64,000 nucleotides of DNA from an uncultured Thermoleophilia bacterium (GTDB taxonomy: Bacteria > Actinomycetota > Thermoleophilia > Solirubrobacterales > 70-9). Positions 7,484 through 16,982 of this stretch are shown here, one piece after another (position 1 is the stretch's first letter; each line of letters begins with the position of its first letter). The stretch covers positions 965,994-1,029,993 of the forward strand of contig OY970365.1 of assembly GCA_963718595.1 (NCBI GenBank), read 5' to 3'. The position numbers and the translations under genes are program-made. The notes under the pieces were generated by a model. The model saw only the letters and a list, made by a program, of their open reading frames with translations, did not search any database and was not told the DNA's origin.

Positions 7484-9141
7484 AGAAGCTCTTCGTCCTT
7501 TTTGCAGTGCTGGGAACTGCATTGTTCGCATCGCTTGGATTGGTGGCTTGCGGGGGTGGAGACGACAGCAGCGGCAGCAGCGGTGGGAGTGGCAACGGTG
7601 AATCCGGTGGCACCCTGAATGCGACCTACGCGTCCTTCCCCGATTACATGGACCCGGCCCTCTCCTACACGGCGGAAGGCTGGTCGGCGATGGCCGAGGT
7701 CTACACCCCGCTGCTGACCTATAAGCACGCCAACGGCGAGGAAGGCTCTGAAGTGATCCCGGGGCTGGCCAAAGAACTGCCGAAAATCAGCAACGGCGGC
7801 AAGACCTACACGCTCGTACTCCGCCCCGGCCTCAAATACTCCGACGGCAGCGCCGTCAAAGCCTCCGACTTCCCGTTCTCGGTCGAACGGATGATCAAAC
7901 TCAACTCCGGCGGCTCGCCCTTCTACCTGAAGATCGTCGGCGCGGCAGACTACGCCGAAGGCAAGGCGAAAAGCATCTCCGGGATCGAAGCCGACGACAA
8001 AACCGGCCAGATCACGATCGACATCGAAAACCCGAGCGGAACCCTCACCAACGAGCTCGGCCTGATGTTCGTGGCGTTGCTGCCACAGGACACGCCGATC
8101 GAAGACCAGTCGGCCAACCCGCCCCCCGGCACCGGGCCCTACATGATCACCAAATCGCAGCCGGGCAAAGGCTGGGAATACGAGCGCAATCCGCAGTGGG
8201 CGAAAGTCAACGGACCGGCGATGCCGGAACTGCCGGCCGGCAGCGTCGACTCCGCCAAGGTGACGGTGATCCGCAACCCGCAGTCGCAGGTCGACGACAT
8301 CGAACAGGGCACCTACGACTGGATGCAGAACCCGCCGCCGTCCTCGCGCTACGCGGAAGTCAAAGACAAATTCGAAGGCACCCAGTTCCGCGTCGAGCCG
8401 ACGATCAGCACCTACTACTTCTGGTTCAACAACGAGTCGCCCACCTTCAAAGACGTGAAGGTCCGCCAGGCGGTCAACTATGCGATCAACTCGGCGGCGC
8501 TGGAACGGATCTACGCCGGCCAGATCGTCGGCACCCACCAGATCCTGCCGCCGGGAATGCCGGGCTACGAACAGTTCGACCTCTACCCGTACGACCTGGC
8601 CAAAGCCAAAGCGATGATCAAAGAAGCGAACCCGTCGGACATGGACATCACCGTCTGGACCGACACCGAATCGCCGAACAACGAAGCGGGCGAATACCTC
8701 AACGACGTCCTCCAGCAGCTCGGCTTCAACACGAAGCTGAAAATCCTCAACGCCGACAACTACTTCACGGTGATCGGCAACGCGACGACGCCGAACCTCG
8801 ACGCCGGCTGGTCGGACTGGTTCCAGGACTACCCGCACCCGAACGACTTCTTCCAGCCTCTCCTGGCCGGGGAAAGCATCCTGCCGACCAACAACGGCAA
8901 CTTCGCCAAGATCGACGACCCGGCGCTGAACAAAAAAATCACCGACCTCGGTGAAGAACAGCTTGGACCCGATCAGGAAGAGGCCTACAAAGAACTCGAC
9001 AAGGAGTACATGGAACAGGCGCCATGGGCCCCCTACGGCACCCGCACCCTGTCGACCTTCGTCTCCGACGCGATCGACCTCGACAAGGTCATCTTCAACC
9101 CGACGTTCGGGCACTACCTGTCCAGCTTCGAATTCAAGTAA
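7480..9141 (+). CDS. ABC transporter substrate-binding lipoprotein, peptide/nickel (family 5) type
   Basis: 553 aa. Lipoprotein signal LGLVACGGGDD. Family-5 SBP-like sequence throughout. GTG start overlaps the MFS stop by 4 nt. Confidence 0.9.
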   Translation: MKKLFVLFAVLGTALFASLGLVACGGGDDSSGSSGGSGNGESGGTLNATYASFPDYMDPALSYTAEGWSAMAEVYTPLLTYKHANGEEGSEVIPGLAKELPKISNGGKTYTLVLRPGLKYSDGSAVKASDFPFSVERMIKLNSGGSPFYLKIVGAADYAEGKAKSISGIEADDKTGQITIDIENPSGTLTNELGLMFVALLPQDTPIEDQSANPPPGTGPYMITKSQPGKGWEYERNPQWAKVNGPAMPELPAGSVDSAKVTVIRNPQSQVDDIEQGTYDWMQNPPPSSRYAEVKDKFEGTQFRVEPTISTYYFWFNNESPTFKDVKVRQAVNYAINSAALERIYAGQIVGTHQILPPGMPGYEQFDLYPYDLAKAKAMIKEANPSDMDITVWTDTESPNNEAGEYLNDVLQQLGFNTKLKILNADNYFTVIGNATTPNLDAGWSDWFQDYPHPNDFFQPLLAGESILPTNNGNFAKIDDPALNKKITDLGEEQLGPDQEEAYKELDKEYMEQAPWAPYGTRTLSTFVSDAIDLDKVIFNPTFGHYLSSFEFK

Positions 9142-9167
9142 GGGGCGCGGGCGCAGAAGGAAGGCTC

Positions 9168-10253
9168 GTGTCGACCGACCCCCAGCCCGCGGTGGTCCCC
9201 GCCGGAGTTCCCGGCGGGGACTCCGGCTCGGGGCGCGGGTCCGCCGACCGGGGGCCGTGGGCGCTCGCCCTGCGGCGCTTCCTCCGCAACCGCGTCGCCG
9301 TCGCCTTCCTCGGCGTCTTCATCCTGATCGTCCTCTTCGTGCTGGCGGCGCCGCTGTGGGCCGACAACGTCGCCCACACCGGCCCGAACAAACAGCACAC
9401 GCTGGAAAAGATCACCGTCGACGGTGAGAAGAAGGACGTCGTCAGCGTCGAAGGCAAGCCGATCGGGCCGCAGTGGTTCGGCGCCGACGGCAAGTTCTTC
9501 CTCGGCGCCGACAGCCGCCTCGGCCGCGACGAGATGGTGCGGCTGATGTACGGCGGCCGCACCTCGCTACTGGTCGGGTTCGGCTCGGCGATCATCACCA
9601 CCACCCTGGCGATCATCCTCGGGTTGCTCGCCGGCTACTTCCGGGGCTGGGTCGACACCGTGATCGCCCGCAGCCTCGACGTGCTCTGGTCGCTGCCGGT
9701 ACTGCTGATCGGGATCACGACCGGGGTGGCGTTATCGCTCGGCGGCCTCAAGCTGGGGCCATTGGTGATCCCCGGCGGCTCGCTCTGGATCCCGATCTTC
9801 ATCATCAGCGTCTTCACCGTGCCGTACATCGCGCGGCCGATCCGCGGCGAAGTGCTCGCCCTCAGCGAAAAAGAGTTCGTCGAAGCGGCGATCGCCCAGG
9901 GCGCCAGCCCGCTGCGGGTGATGTTCAGCGAGATCCTCCCCAACCTCGCCTCGACGGTGATCGTCTTCTTCACCCTGACGATCGCCAACAACATGCTGTT
10001 CGAGGCGGCGCTCTCATTCCTCGGCGCCGGCGTTCAGCCGCCCAACTCCTCCTGGGGGACGATGATCACCGTCGGGGTCGACCTGCTCAACACGCAGCCG
10101 CTGCTGGCGATCATCCCCGGCTTCATGATCATGCTGACGGTGCTCTCGCTGAACATCATCGGCGACGGTCTCCGCGACGCGCTCGACCCGCGCTCGAAGG
10201 TGCGGCTCGAGGCTCACACCGGAATGGTCGAGCCGAAGGGGGCCTCCGTCTAG
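9168..10253 (+). CDS. ABC transporter permease (OppC/DppC-like)
   Basis: Track ORF 9024..10253 trimmed to GTG 9168, which is preceded by gaaggaagg. EAA-type loop SEKEFVEAAIAQGASPLRVMFSEILPNL. Confidence 0.85.
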   Translation: MSTDPQPAVVPAGVPGGDSGSGRGSADRGPWALALRRFLRNRVAVAFLGVFILIVLFVLAAPLWADNVAHTGPNKQHTLEKITVDGEKKDVVSVEGKPIGPQWFGADGKFFLGADSRLGRDEMVRLMYGGRTSLLVGFGSAIITTTLAIILGLLAGYFRGWVDTVIARSLDVLWSLPVLLIGITTGVALSLGGLKLGPLVIPGGSLWIPIFIISVFTVPYIARPIRGEVLALSEKEFVEAAIAQGASPLRVMFSEILPNLASTVIVFFTLTIANNMLFEAALSFLGAGVQPPNSSWGTMITVGVDLLNTQPLLAIIPGFMIMLTVLSLNIIGDGLRDALDPRSKVRLEAHTGMVEPKGASV

Positions 10254-11215
10254 TGGCCCGCTTCATCGTCAGGCGCCTGGTCGGGATGGTCGCGGTTCTC
10301 TTCGCGGTCTCGATCCTGGTCTTCATCATCACCACCGTCCTCCCCGAGTCCAACCCGGCCCAGCAGCTGGCCGGCAAGAACGCGACGCCCGGCCTGGTCA
10401 AGAACATCGAAGAGGAATGGGGCTTCGACGAATCGCTGCCCAAGCAGTACCTGAACATGATGGAGAAGGTCTTCACCGGCGACCTCACCTCGTACAAACC
10501 GCGGATCAACGTCCAGGAACAGATCGTCGAACGGATCCCGGCGACGCTCTCGCTCAGCATCGGAGCCGCGATCATCTGGCTCTTCTTCGGCCTGCTGCTC
10601 GGCTACTACTCGGCGATCCGGGCCGGCGGCTGGCTCGACCGCGGGCTGACCGTGGTGGCGATCGCCGGCATCTCGATCCCGGTCTTCCTGATCGCGCCGG
10701 TGCTCCTCTACTTCCTCACCTACAAGCTGGAAATCTTTCCCAACGCCCAGTACGTGCCGCTGACCGATGACCCGTGGGAATGGGTCAAGCACCTGATCCT
10801 GCCCTGGTTCACGCTGGCGATCCTCTCGATCGGGTTCTACAGCCGCGTCCTGCGCTCGAACATGCTCGACGTGATGAACGAGGACTACGTGCGCACGGCG
10901 CGGGCCAAGGGGCTGAGCGAGCGACAGGTGATGACCAAGCACGTGCTGCGCAACTCGCTGATCCCGATCGTCACCCTCTTCGGGCTCGACTTCGGCGCCA
11001 CCATCGCCGGCACCGCGATCATCACCGAAGTTCTCTTCTCACTCGACGGGATCGGCAACTACGCGGCGGAAGCAGCGTTCAAGACCGAACTGCCGCCGAT
11101 CATCGGCGTCGCCCTCTACGGCGCCTTCTTCGTCGTCTTCATCAACACCCTGGTGGACATCTTCTACGCCTACCTCGACCCCCGCGTGCGGCTCGGGGAG
11201 ACCGCCAGCGCATGA
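10253..11215 (+). CDS. ABC transporter permease (OppB/DppB-like)
   Basis: In-frame GTG 10253 overlaps the preceding TAG. VARFIVRRLVGMVAVLF...YVRTARAKGLSERQVMTKHVLRNSLIPIVT. Confidence 0.9.
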   Translation: MARFIVRRLVGMVAVLFAVSILVFIITTVLPESNPAQQLAGKNATPGLVKNIEEEWGFDESLPKQYLNMMEKVFTGDLTSYKPRINVQEQIVERIPATLSLSIGAAIIWLFFGLLLGYYSAIRAGGWLDRGLTVVAIAGISIPVFLIAPVLLYFLTYKLEIFPNAQYVPLTDDPWEWVKHLILPWFTLAILSIGFYSRVLRSNMLDVMNEDYVRTARAKGLSERQVMTKHVLRNSLIPIVTLFGLDFGATIAGTAIITEVLFSLDGIGNYAAEAAFKTELPPIIGVALYGAFFVVFINTLVDIFYAYLDPRVRLGETASA

Positions 11216-12252
11216 GCCCGGCGCCGCTGCTCAGCGTCGAGCACCTGCGGGTCGGATTCGCCACCGAAGGCGGGCTGGTGCAGGCGGTCGACGACGTCAG
11301 CTTCGAGGTCAGCCCGGGCGAAGTGCTGGCGATCGTCGGCGAGTCGGGCTCGGGCAAGAGCGTTACCGCGCAGACGATCATGGGCCTAACCCGGTCCAAG
11401 AACGCCCGCATCGAGGGGACGGCGAAGTTCGAGGGCGAGGACCTGGTCGAAGTCTCCGACGCGACCCTGCGGCGGCTGCGCGGCGATCGCGTGGCGATGG
11501 TCTTTCAGGATCCGATGACCTCGTTCAACCCGGTCTACCGGCTCGGCGCCCAGATCGGCGAGGCGATCCGCGCCCATCGCGGCGACGTCTCCAAACAGGA
11601 GGCGCGGGCGCGGGCGGTCGAGCTCTTCGAAGCGGTCGGGATCCCCGACGCTGCGAGCCGGGTCGACGACTACCCGCATGAGTTCTCCGGCGGCATGCGC
11701 CAGCGGGCGATGATCGCGATGGCGCTGGCGCTCGAACCGGACCTGCTGATCGCCGACGAGCCAACCACCGCGCTCGACGTCACGATCCAGGCGCAGATCC
11801 TCGAGCTGCTGCGCGAGCTCAACCGCAAACGCAACCTGGCGACGATCCTGATCACTCACGACCTCGGCGTCGTCGCCGAAATCGCCGACCGGGTGCTGGT
11901 CATGTACGCGGGGCGGGTCGTGGAGCAGGGCACGCTGGACGAGATCTTCTTCGATCCCCAGCACCCCTACACCTGGGGCCTGCTCGGGTCGCTGACCCGG
12001 CTCGACAAACCGCGGCCGCAGCGGCTGCCGCAGATCAGCGGTGCGCCGCCGTCGCTGCTGGCGCTGCCCGAGGGCTGCTCCTTCCGGCCGCGCTGCCCGC
12101 ACGAGTTCGGCGCCTGCGCGGTGCTGCCGCCGCTGGAGGCGCGTCTGCCCGAGCAGGCCGGCCACTGCGACCGCTGCTGGCTCAGCCCCGAGGAGAAGAA
12201 GGGCAAGCGCCAGGTCGCCGGCCAGATCGGTCTGGAGGCTCCGTCGGCATGA
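11212..12252 (+). CDS. ABC transporter ATP-binding protein (OppD/DppD-like)
   Basis: ATG 11212 overlaps the previous stop (ATGA). Walker A GESGSGKS, signature FSGGMRQR, Walker [13 protein letters not shown]. Confidence 0.9.
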   Translation: MSPAPLLSVEHLRVGFATEGGLVQAVDDVSFEVSPGEVLAIVGESGSGKSVTAQTIMGLTRSKNARIEGTAKFEGEDLVEVSDATLRRLRGDRVAMVFQDPMTSFNPVYRLGAQIGEAIRAHRGDVSKQEARARAVELFEAVGIPDAASRVDDYPHEFSGGMRQRAMIAMALALEPDLLIADEPTTALDVTIQAQILELLRELNRKRNLATILITHDLGVVAEIADRVLVMYAGRVVEQGTLDEIFFDPQHPYTWGLLGSLTRLDKPRPQRLPQISGAPPSLLALPEGCSFRPRCPHEFGACAVLPPLEARLPEQAGHCDRCWLSPEEKKGKRQVAGQIGLEAPSA

Positions 12253-13085
12253 GCGGCCAGCCACTGCTGGAGGTCACCGACCTCGTCAAGCACTTCCCGA
12301 TCAAGCGCGGCATCCTGATCGACCGCGAAGTCGACCAGGTGCGAGCGGTCGACGGGATCAGCTTCAGGGTCGAGGCCGGGCAGACGCTGGGCCTGGTGGG
12401 AGAGTCCGGCAGCGGCAAGTCGACCGCCTGCCGCACCGTTCTCAACCTGGTCGCGCCGACCTCGGGCTCGGTCAAGTTCGAAGGCGAGGAGATCGCTGGG
12501 CTCGGGCGCCGGCAGATGCGGCCGCTGCGGCGGCAGATGCAGATGATCTTCCAGGACCCCTACGCCTCGCTGAACCCGCGCAAACGGATCGGGCAGATCG
12601 TCGGCGATCCGCTCAAGCGCCAGGACGTCGCCTCCGGCAGCGACCTCAAACGGCGGGTACAGGAGCTGCTCGACCGGGTCGGGCTCTCGCCCGAGCATTA
12701 CAACCGCTTCCCGCACGAGTTCTCCGGCGGCCAGCGGCAGCGGATCGGGATCGCGCGGGCGCTGGCGCTGGCGCCGAAGCTGATCTTCGCCGACGAGCCC
12801 GTCTCCGCCCTCGACGTCTCGATCCAGGCGCAGATCGTCAACCTGCTCGACGACCTCCAGGACGAGTTCGGGCTCACCTACGTCTTCGTCGCCCATGACA
12901 TCGGCGTCGTCCGCCACATCTCCGACCGGATCGCGGTCATGCACAACGGCAGGATCGTCGAGGAGGGCACGGCAGACCAGGTCTGCGAGCACCCCAGCGA
13001 TCCCTACACGAAGAAACTGCTGGCGGCGGTACCGGTGCCCGACCCCCGCGTGAGCCGGGCCCGGCGCGAAGGCGCCGCCACCTGA
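12249..13085 (+). CDS. ABC transporter ATP-binding protein (OppF/DppF-like)
   Basis: 278 aa. [29 protein letters not shown]. 4-nt overlap with the upstream ATPase gene. Confidence 0.9.
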   Translation: MSGQPLLEVTDLVKHFPIKRGILIDREVDQVRAVDGISFRVEAGQTLGLVGESGSGKSTACRTVLNLVAPTSGSVKFEGEEIAGLGRRQMRPLRRQMQMIFQDPYASLNPRKRIGQIVGDPLKRQDVASGSDLKRRVQELLDRVGLSPEHYNRFPHEFSGGQRQRIGIARALALAPKLIFADEPVSALDVSIQAQIVNLLDDLQDEFGLTYVFVAHDIGVVRHISDRIAVMHNGRIVEEGTADQVCEHPSDPYTKKLLAAVPVPDPRVSRARREGAAT

Positions 13086-13088
13086 CTC

Positions 13089-13135
13089 CCGAGTTGCCGG
13101 TTATTTTCGGATAGCGAGAAGAACCGGCAACTCGG
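13089..13135. terminator. 14-bp-stem hairpin CCGAGTTGCCGGTT-N19-AACCGGCAACTCGG, a solo copy of the central hairpin of the 0.7-kb repeat
   Basis: Lies 4 nt after the stop of the last ABC gene. The same arms occur at 1712-1754 and 42618-42660. Confidence 0.6.
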
Positions 13136-13156
13136 CGTCGAGGTTAGGCTGGGGTC

Positions 13157-14107
13157 ATGGGCCTGCCGCTCGCACCCCCGATCAAGCCACAGCTGGCGGC
13201 GACCCGCAAAGAGCTGCCGGTCGGCGAGGAGTGGGCCTATGAGCCCAAGCTCGACGGCTTCCGCGCGATCGTCTTCGTCGACGGCGCCGAGACCTACATC
13301 CAGTCGCGCGGGGGCAAAGAACTGGCCCGCTACTTCCCGGAGCTGAGCTTCGCCCCGGGGCACTGGGTGCTCGACGGCGAGCTGGTGATTCGCGACGCCG
13401 AGGGCAACGTCGAATTCGACTCGCTGCAGGAACGGATCCACCCGGCGCAGTCGCGGATCGAGCGGCTGGCGGCGGAGATTCCGGCCGTCTTCGTCGGCTT
13501 CGACCTGCTGGCCGAGGGCGACGAGGCCCTGCTGGAGACGCCGCTGTCGGAGCGGCGGGCACGGCTGGAGCGGATCGCCGCCGAGGCCGGGATCGAGCTG
13601 ACGCCGCTGACCGCCGACGCCGACCAAGCCGAGGCCTGGCTGCGCAGCATCGAGGGCGTGATGGCCAAGCAGCTCGACGCCCCCTACCTGCCCGGTAAAC
13701 GCAAAGGCTTCGCCAAGGTCAAGCGCGAGCGCACGATCGACTGCGTGGTGATGGGCTGGCGCCCCGGCAAAGAGGAGGGCACCGTCGGCTCGCTGATCCT
13801 CGGCCTCTATGACTGCGAGGACCTGCGCAGCGTCGGCCACATCTCCGGCTTCAGCGCCGCCACCAAACGCAGCATGCGGGCGATGCTGGCACCCCTGGAG
13901 ACGGGCGAGAGCGGCAGCGCCGAGCCCAGCCGCTGGACCGGCGGCCGCGACCTCGAGTGGGTCGCGCTGCGGCCGGAGCTGGTGATCGAGGTCGGCTACG
14001 ACCACGCCGCCTCGGGACGGATTCGGCACGGGGCGCGGTTCCGCTCATTCAGGGAAGACAAAGAGCCCAGGGAGTGTCTGTTCGAGCAGTTGGACGAAGG
14101 GGACTAG
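13157..14107 (+). CDS. ATP-dependent DNA ligase (small, LigC-like)
   Basis: 316 aa. Adenylation motif I EPKLDGFR, followed by nucleotidyltransferase and OB-fold-like regions (EGVMAKQLDAPYLPGKR...KVK). Confidence 0.85.
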   Translation: MGLPLAPPIKPQLAATRKELPVGEEWAYEPKLDGFRAIVFVDGAETYIQSRGGKELARYFPELSFAPGHWVLDGELVIRDAEGNVEFDSLQERIHPAQSRIERLAAEIPAVFVGFDLLAEGDEALLETPLSERRARLERIAAEAGIELTPLTADADQAEAWLRSIEGVMAKQLDAPYLPGKRKGFAKVKRERTIDCVVMGWRPGKEEGTVGSLILGLYDCEDLRSVGHISGFSAATKRSMRAMLAPLETGESGSAEPSRWTGGRDLEWVALRPELVIEVGYDHAASGRIRHGARFRSFREDKEPRECLFEQLDEGD

Positions 14108-15192
14108 AAGAGAGGGCGCTGGGCCGGCGGGTCCTGCCTCGGGGGGAGGCGCCTGCGGGCGAAGGGTTCGTTCTCGGCACCTCCCCCCGAGTCACCCCCC
14201 GGCACACCGTCTCTTCCAGACGAGGTTCCTGCTGGCGCATCGGAGCGGTCGACTAGGGCTCGCTTGAGGCGGGCGCGGCCCCAGGGGCGGAGGGCGCGGG
14301 TGGCGTGTTTTCGCTGGGCCGGGAGCATGTAGGCTCGGCCGCCGTAAAGGGCCTCGTAGCGGGGCAGCAGGTCGGGGCGTTTCTCCTCCAGCCAGGCGAA
14401 AAAGACGTCCTTGACCTCGTCGCGGAGGTGGAGAGCGACGCCGCCGAGGAAGGTCGCGCCGGCCTTGCGGGCGCGTTCGACGATCGGGCGCACCTGGTCG
14501 GGGTCGTCGTTGATGCCCGGCATCAGCGGCGCGATCAGGACGCCGGAGTCGATCCCCCGCCGCCGCAGCTCTTCCACCGCGTCGAGCCGCGCCGCCGGGC
14601 TCGGCGTGTGCGGCTCGGTCGCCCGCCAGGCGTCCTCGTCGAGGGTCGGGACCGAGAGGTTGACCGAGATCGGCAGCGTCCTCGCCATCCGCTCGTAGAT
14701 CTCGATGTCCCGCATCGCCAGCGGCGACTTGGTCAGGACCGAGACCGGCGTCCGCGCCGCCTCCAGTGCCTCGAGGATCTCCGGCATCATCCGGTAGCGG
14801 CTCTCGACCCACTGGTAGGGATCGGTGTTCGTCCCCAGCGCCACCAGCTCCCTCTCCCAAGTCGGCCGCGCCAGCTCCGCCCGCAACAGCTCCGGCACGT
14901 TCACCTTGACCACGATCTCGCGCTCGAAGTCGCGGCCGGCGTCCATGTCCAGGTAGGTGTGGGTGCGGCGGGCAAAGCAATATTTGCAGGCATGGCTGCA
15001 GCCCCTGTAAGGGTTGATCGTCCAGCTGAATCCGTAGCGGCCGCCGGGTACGTGGTTGAGCGCGGAGCGGGAGCGGACCTCGTGGAAGTTGATCCCCATC
15101 GCCTCCGGCGCGTCGAAGGTGCGGACGACCGCGCCGTCGCCGACGCCCGGCAGCCGCAGGTCGTTCTCGACTCTCTGTTCGTCCCACCTCAT
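14104..15192 (-). CDS. radical SAM protein, Rv2578c/SplB-like (COG1533 'DNA repair photolyase' group)
   Basis: Track ORF 14104..15429 trimmed to ATG (cat 15190-15192), MRWDEQRVEND... An alternative ATG lies at 15210. CxxxCxxC cluster motif CSHACKYC. Confidence 0.85.
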   Translation of the reverse strand: MRWDEQRVENDLRLPGVGDGAVVRTFDAPEAMGINFHEVRSRSALNHVPGGRYGFSWTINPYRGCSHACKYCFARRTHTYLDMDAGRDFEREIVVKVNVPELLRAELARPTWERELVALGTNTDPYQWVESRYRMMPEILEALEAARTPVSVLTKSPLAMRDIEIYERMARTLPISVNLSVPTLDEDAWRATEPHTPSPAARLDAVEELRRRGIDSGVLIAPLMPGINDDPDQVRPIVERARKAGATFLGGVALHLRDEVKDVFFAWLEEKRPDLLPRYEALYGGRAYMLPAQRKHATRALRPWGRARLKRALVDRSDAPAGTSSGRDGVPGGDSGGGAENEPFARRRLPPRQDPPAQRPLF

Positions 15193-15193
15193 A

Positions 15194-15207
15194 CGAACAT
15201 ACGTTCG
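15194..15207. promoter_or_regulatory. putative LexA (SOS) box CGAAC-ATAC-GTTCG
   Basis: Perfect match to the Gram-positive/actinobacterial Cheo-box core GAAC-N4-GTTC. Sits immediately upstream of, or at, the start of the radical-SAM gene. Confidence 0.55.
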
Positions 15208-15277
15208 CATGATGCTCGGACGGCGCGGCGCGCATCGACCACCCTGAGGCGTGGTCAAGGCCGGAAGCGCGGAGCGT

Positions 15278-15766
15278 CTAGAGGCTGGAGCCGGTCTCGT
15301 CGCGCTTGTAGGCGCTGAGCTGCTCGAGGGCTTTGGCGCGCGCCTTCTTGCGCAGCGGCGGCAGCAGGGCGACAAGGTGGCCGCTGGGGCCGAGCGCCTG
15401 CTTGGCCCAGCTGTGGAAGTCGAACTCATCGACGTGGTCGACGATCAACCCGGCCGCGTCGAAGCGGAAGCTGGCTCGGACATCGTTGACGACCGGGCGA
15501 CCGGTGGAGAAGGTGTAGCGGGCGATCCAGTGGGCGCTGCCGGTCTGCTCCCCCGCCTCGTCCTCTTGCAGCTCGATCTTCAGGTCTTTGGCGCGGCCGG
15601 TCAGCATCCGCCACATGGCGCCGACGTCCTCACCCTCGAGATCGCCGAAGGCGGGGTCGCGGAAATGGGCGTCGGGGGCGTAGCAGGCGGTCATCGCGCT
15701 GCCGTTGCATTTGGCGAAGGCGGCGTAGAGCCGCTCGATTGTCGCCTTGTTCTCTGCCGCGCCCAT
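15278..15766 (-). CDS. SnoaL-like / NTF2-fold protein
   Basis: 162 aa. N-terminus NKATIERLYAAFAKCNGSAMTACYAPDAHFRDPAFG is typical of SnoaL-like domains. Confidence 0.7.
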   Translation of the reverse strand: MGAAENKATIERLYAAFAKCNGSAMTACYAPDAHFRDPAFGDLEGEDVGAMWRMLTGRAKDLKIELQEDEAGEQTGSAHWIARYTFSTGRPVVNDVRASFRFDAAGLIVDHVDEFDFHSWAKQALGPSGHLVALLPPLRKKARAKALEQLSAYKRDETGSSL

Positions 15767-15830
15767 GCGAACACCTTACGGGGGGACCGCAACCGAGGCA
15801 AACTGGACGAGCCTGGTCGGGTGTCCTCGC

Positions 15831-16982
15831 CTAGGCGCCGGGCACGGGAGCGCCCGCGGTCTGCTCCTCGAAGTGCTTGCTGAGCATCGTCACCTGGCCC
15901 TGGTAATTGGAGCCGAGGCCGCTGCCGTAGAGGCGCTCGGCCGGCGCCTCCATCCACTCCAGCGCGAGCTTGCAGACCGGCTGGCGGTGCTCGACCATGA
16001 AGGAGACGTCGCGGGCGCGGACCTCCAGTGCGGCGCGGCTGCCGGGACGGCCGCCCGCCGGGTCGTAGCCGAAGCCGGGGTCGAAGAAGCCGGCATAGTG
16101 GGTGCGCAGCTCACCGGCAGTCGGGTCGTAGGCCATCATCTCGGCGGCGATCTGCGGCGGGATGCTGACCCCCTCCTCGGAGAGCAGCAAATAGAAGATC
16201 TCCGGCTCGAGCACTATGCGTCCGCCCGGCTCGGGGTAGACCGGGTCCCAGTAGTCGCTCCAGCGGTAGGCGCGGATCTTCGAGAGGTCGACCGGGAGGC
16301 TGTTCTTCTTCGCCCGGTAGCCGACGGTGCGGTCGGCGGGACCGGAGAGGTCGAGGCTGAGGAAGAGACCGTCGGCCAGCGCCAGCTCGTGCTGAGCGAC
16401 GGGGTCGGCGCCCAGGTAGACGAGTGGTGTCTCGCCCTGCAGATCGCGGATCTGGGCGTCGCCGAGGCGGACGTCGCCGCGGGCCAGGCGAAGCTGGTTG
16501 AGCGAGAGCCCGGTCTTGACCTGGATCGCGAAGGAGCGCGGGACGACCTCCAGATAGAGCTTGCCGCGGTAGCCGGCGCGGACGTCGTCGAAGCGGTGGT
16601 GGCGGTCGGTGATAACCCGGGTGAACACGTCGAGGCGGCCGGTCGAGCTCTTCGGATTGGCCTTGGCGCGGACGTCGTCGGGGAGCGCCAGCTCCTCGAT
16701 CAGGGGCACCAGGTAAGGTCGGTCGCGCTCCAAGACGGCGCCGTCACGGAGGTCGATCCGCTGGAAGGCGAGGTCCTCCATCTTCTCCTCGACGGTCGAG
16801 TCGACGTCCGGGAGGAAGGAGCAGCGCAGGGCCCAGGCGACGTCGCCCAGCCGCAGGTCGATGCTGGCCGGCTGGATCGCCTCCGGCCGGATCCGGTAAT
16901 CGCCGGAGCTGACCCACTCACTCTCGATCGCCGCGGCGAGCGCCTGTGAGGGGAACACACCAGCGCTTTGCGCCTCGGTCAT
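15831..16982 (-). CDS. 2'-deoxycytidine 5'-triphosphate deaminase, long (~380 aa) DCD-family form
   Basis: 383 aa. QPASIDLRLGDVAW... and two dUTPase-like halves. Recognised from memory of the long DCD family, not from a search. Confidence 0.7.
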   Translation of the reverse strand: MTEAQSAGVFPSQALAAAIESEWVSSGDYRIRPEAIQPASIDLRLGDVAWALRCSFLPDVDSTVEEKMEDLAFQRIDLRDGAVLERDRPYLVPLIEELALPDDVRAKANPKSSTGRLDVFTRVITDRHHRFDDVRAGYRGKLYLEVVPRSFAIQVKTGLSLNQLRLARGDVRLGDAQIRDLQGETPLVYLGADPVAQHELALADGLFLSLDLSGPADRTVGYRAKKNSLPVDLSKIRAYRWSDYWDPVYPEPGGRIVLEPEIFYLLLSEEGVSIPPQIAAEMMAYDPTAGELRTHYAGFFDPGFGYDPAGGRPGSRAALEVRARDVSFMVEHRQPVCKLALEWMEAPAERLYGSGLGSNYQGQVTMLSKHFEEQTAGAPVPGA

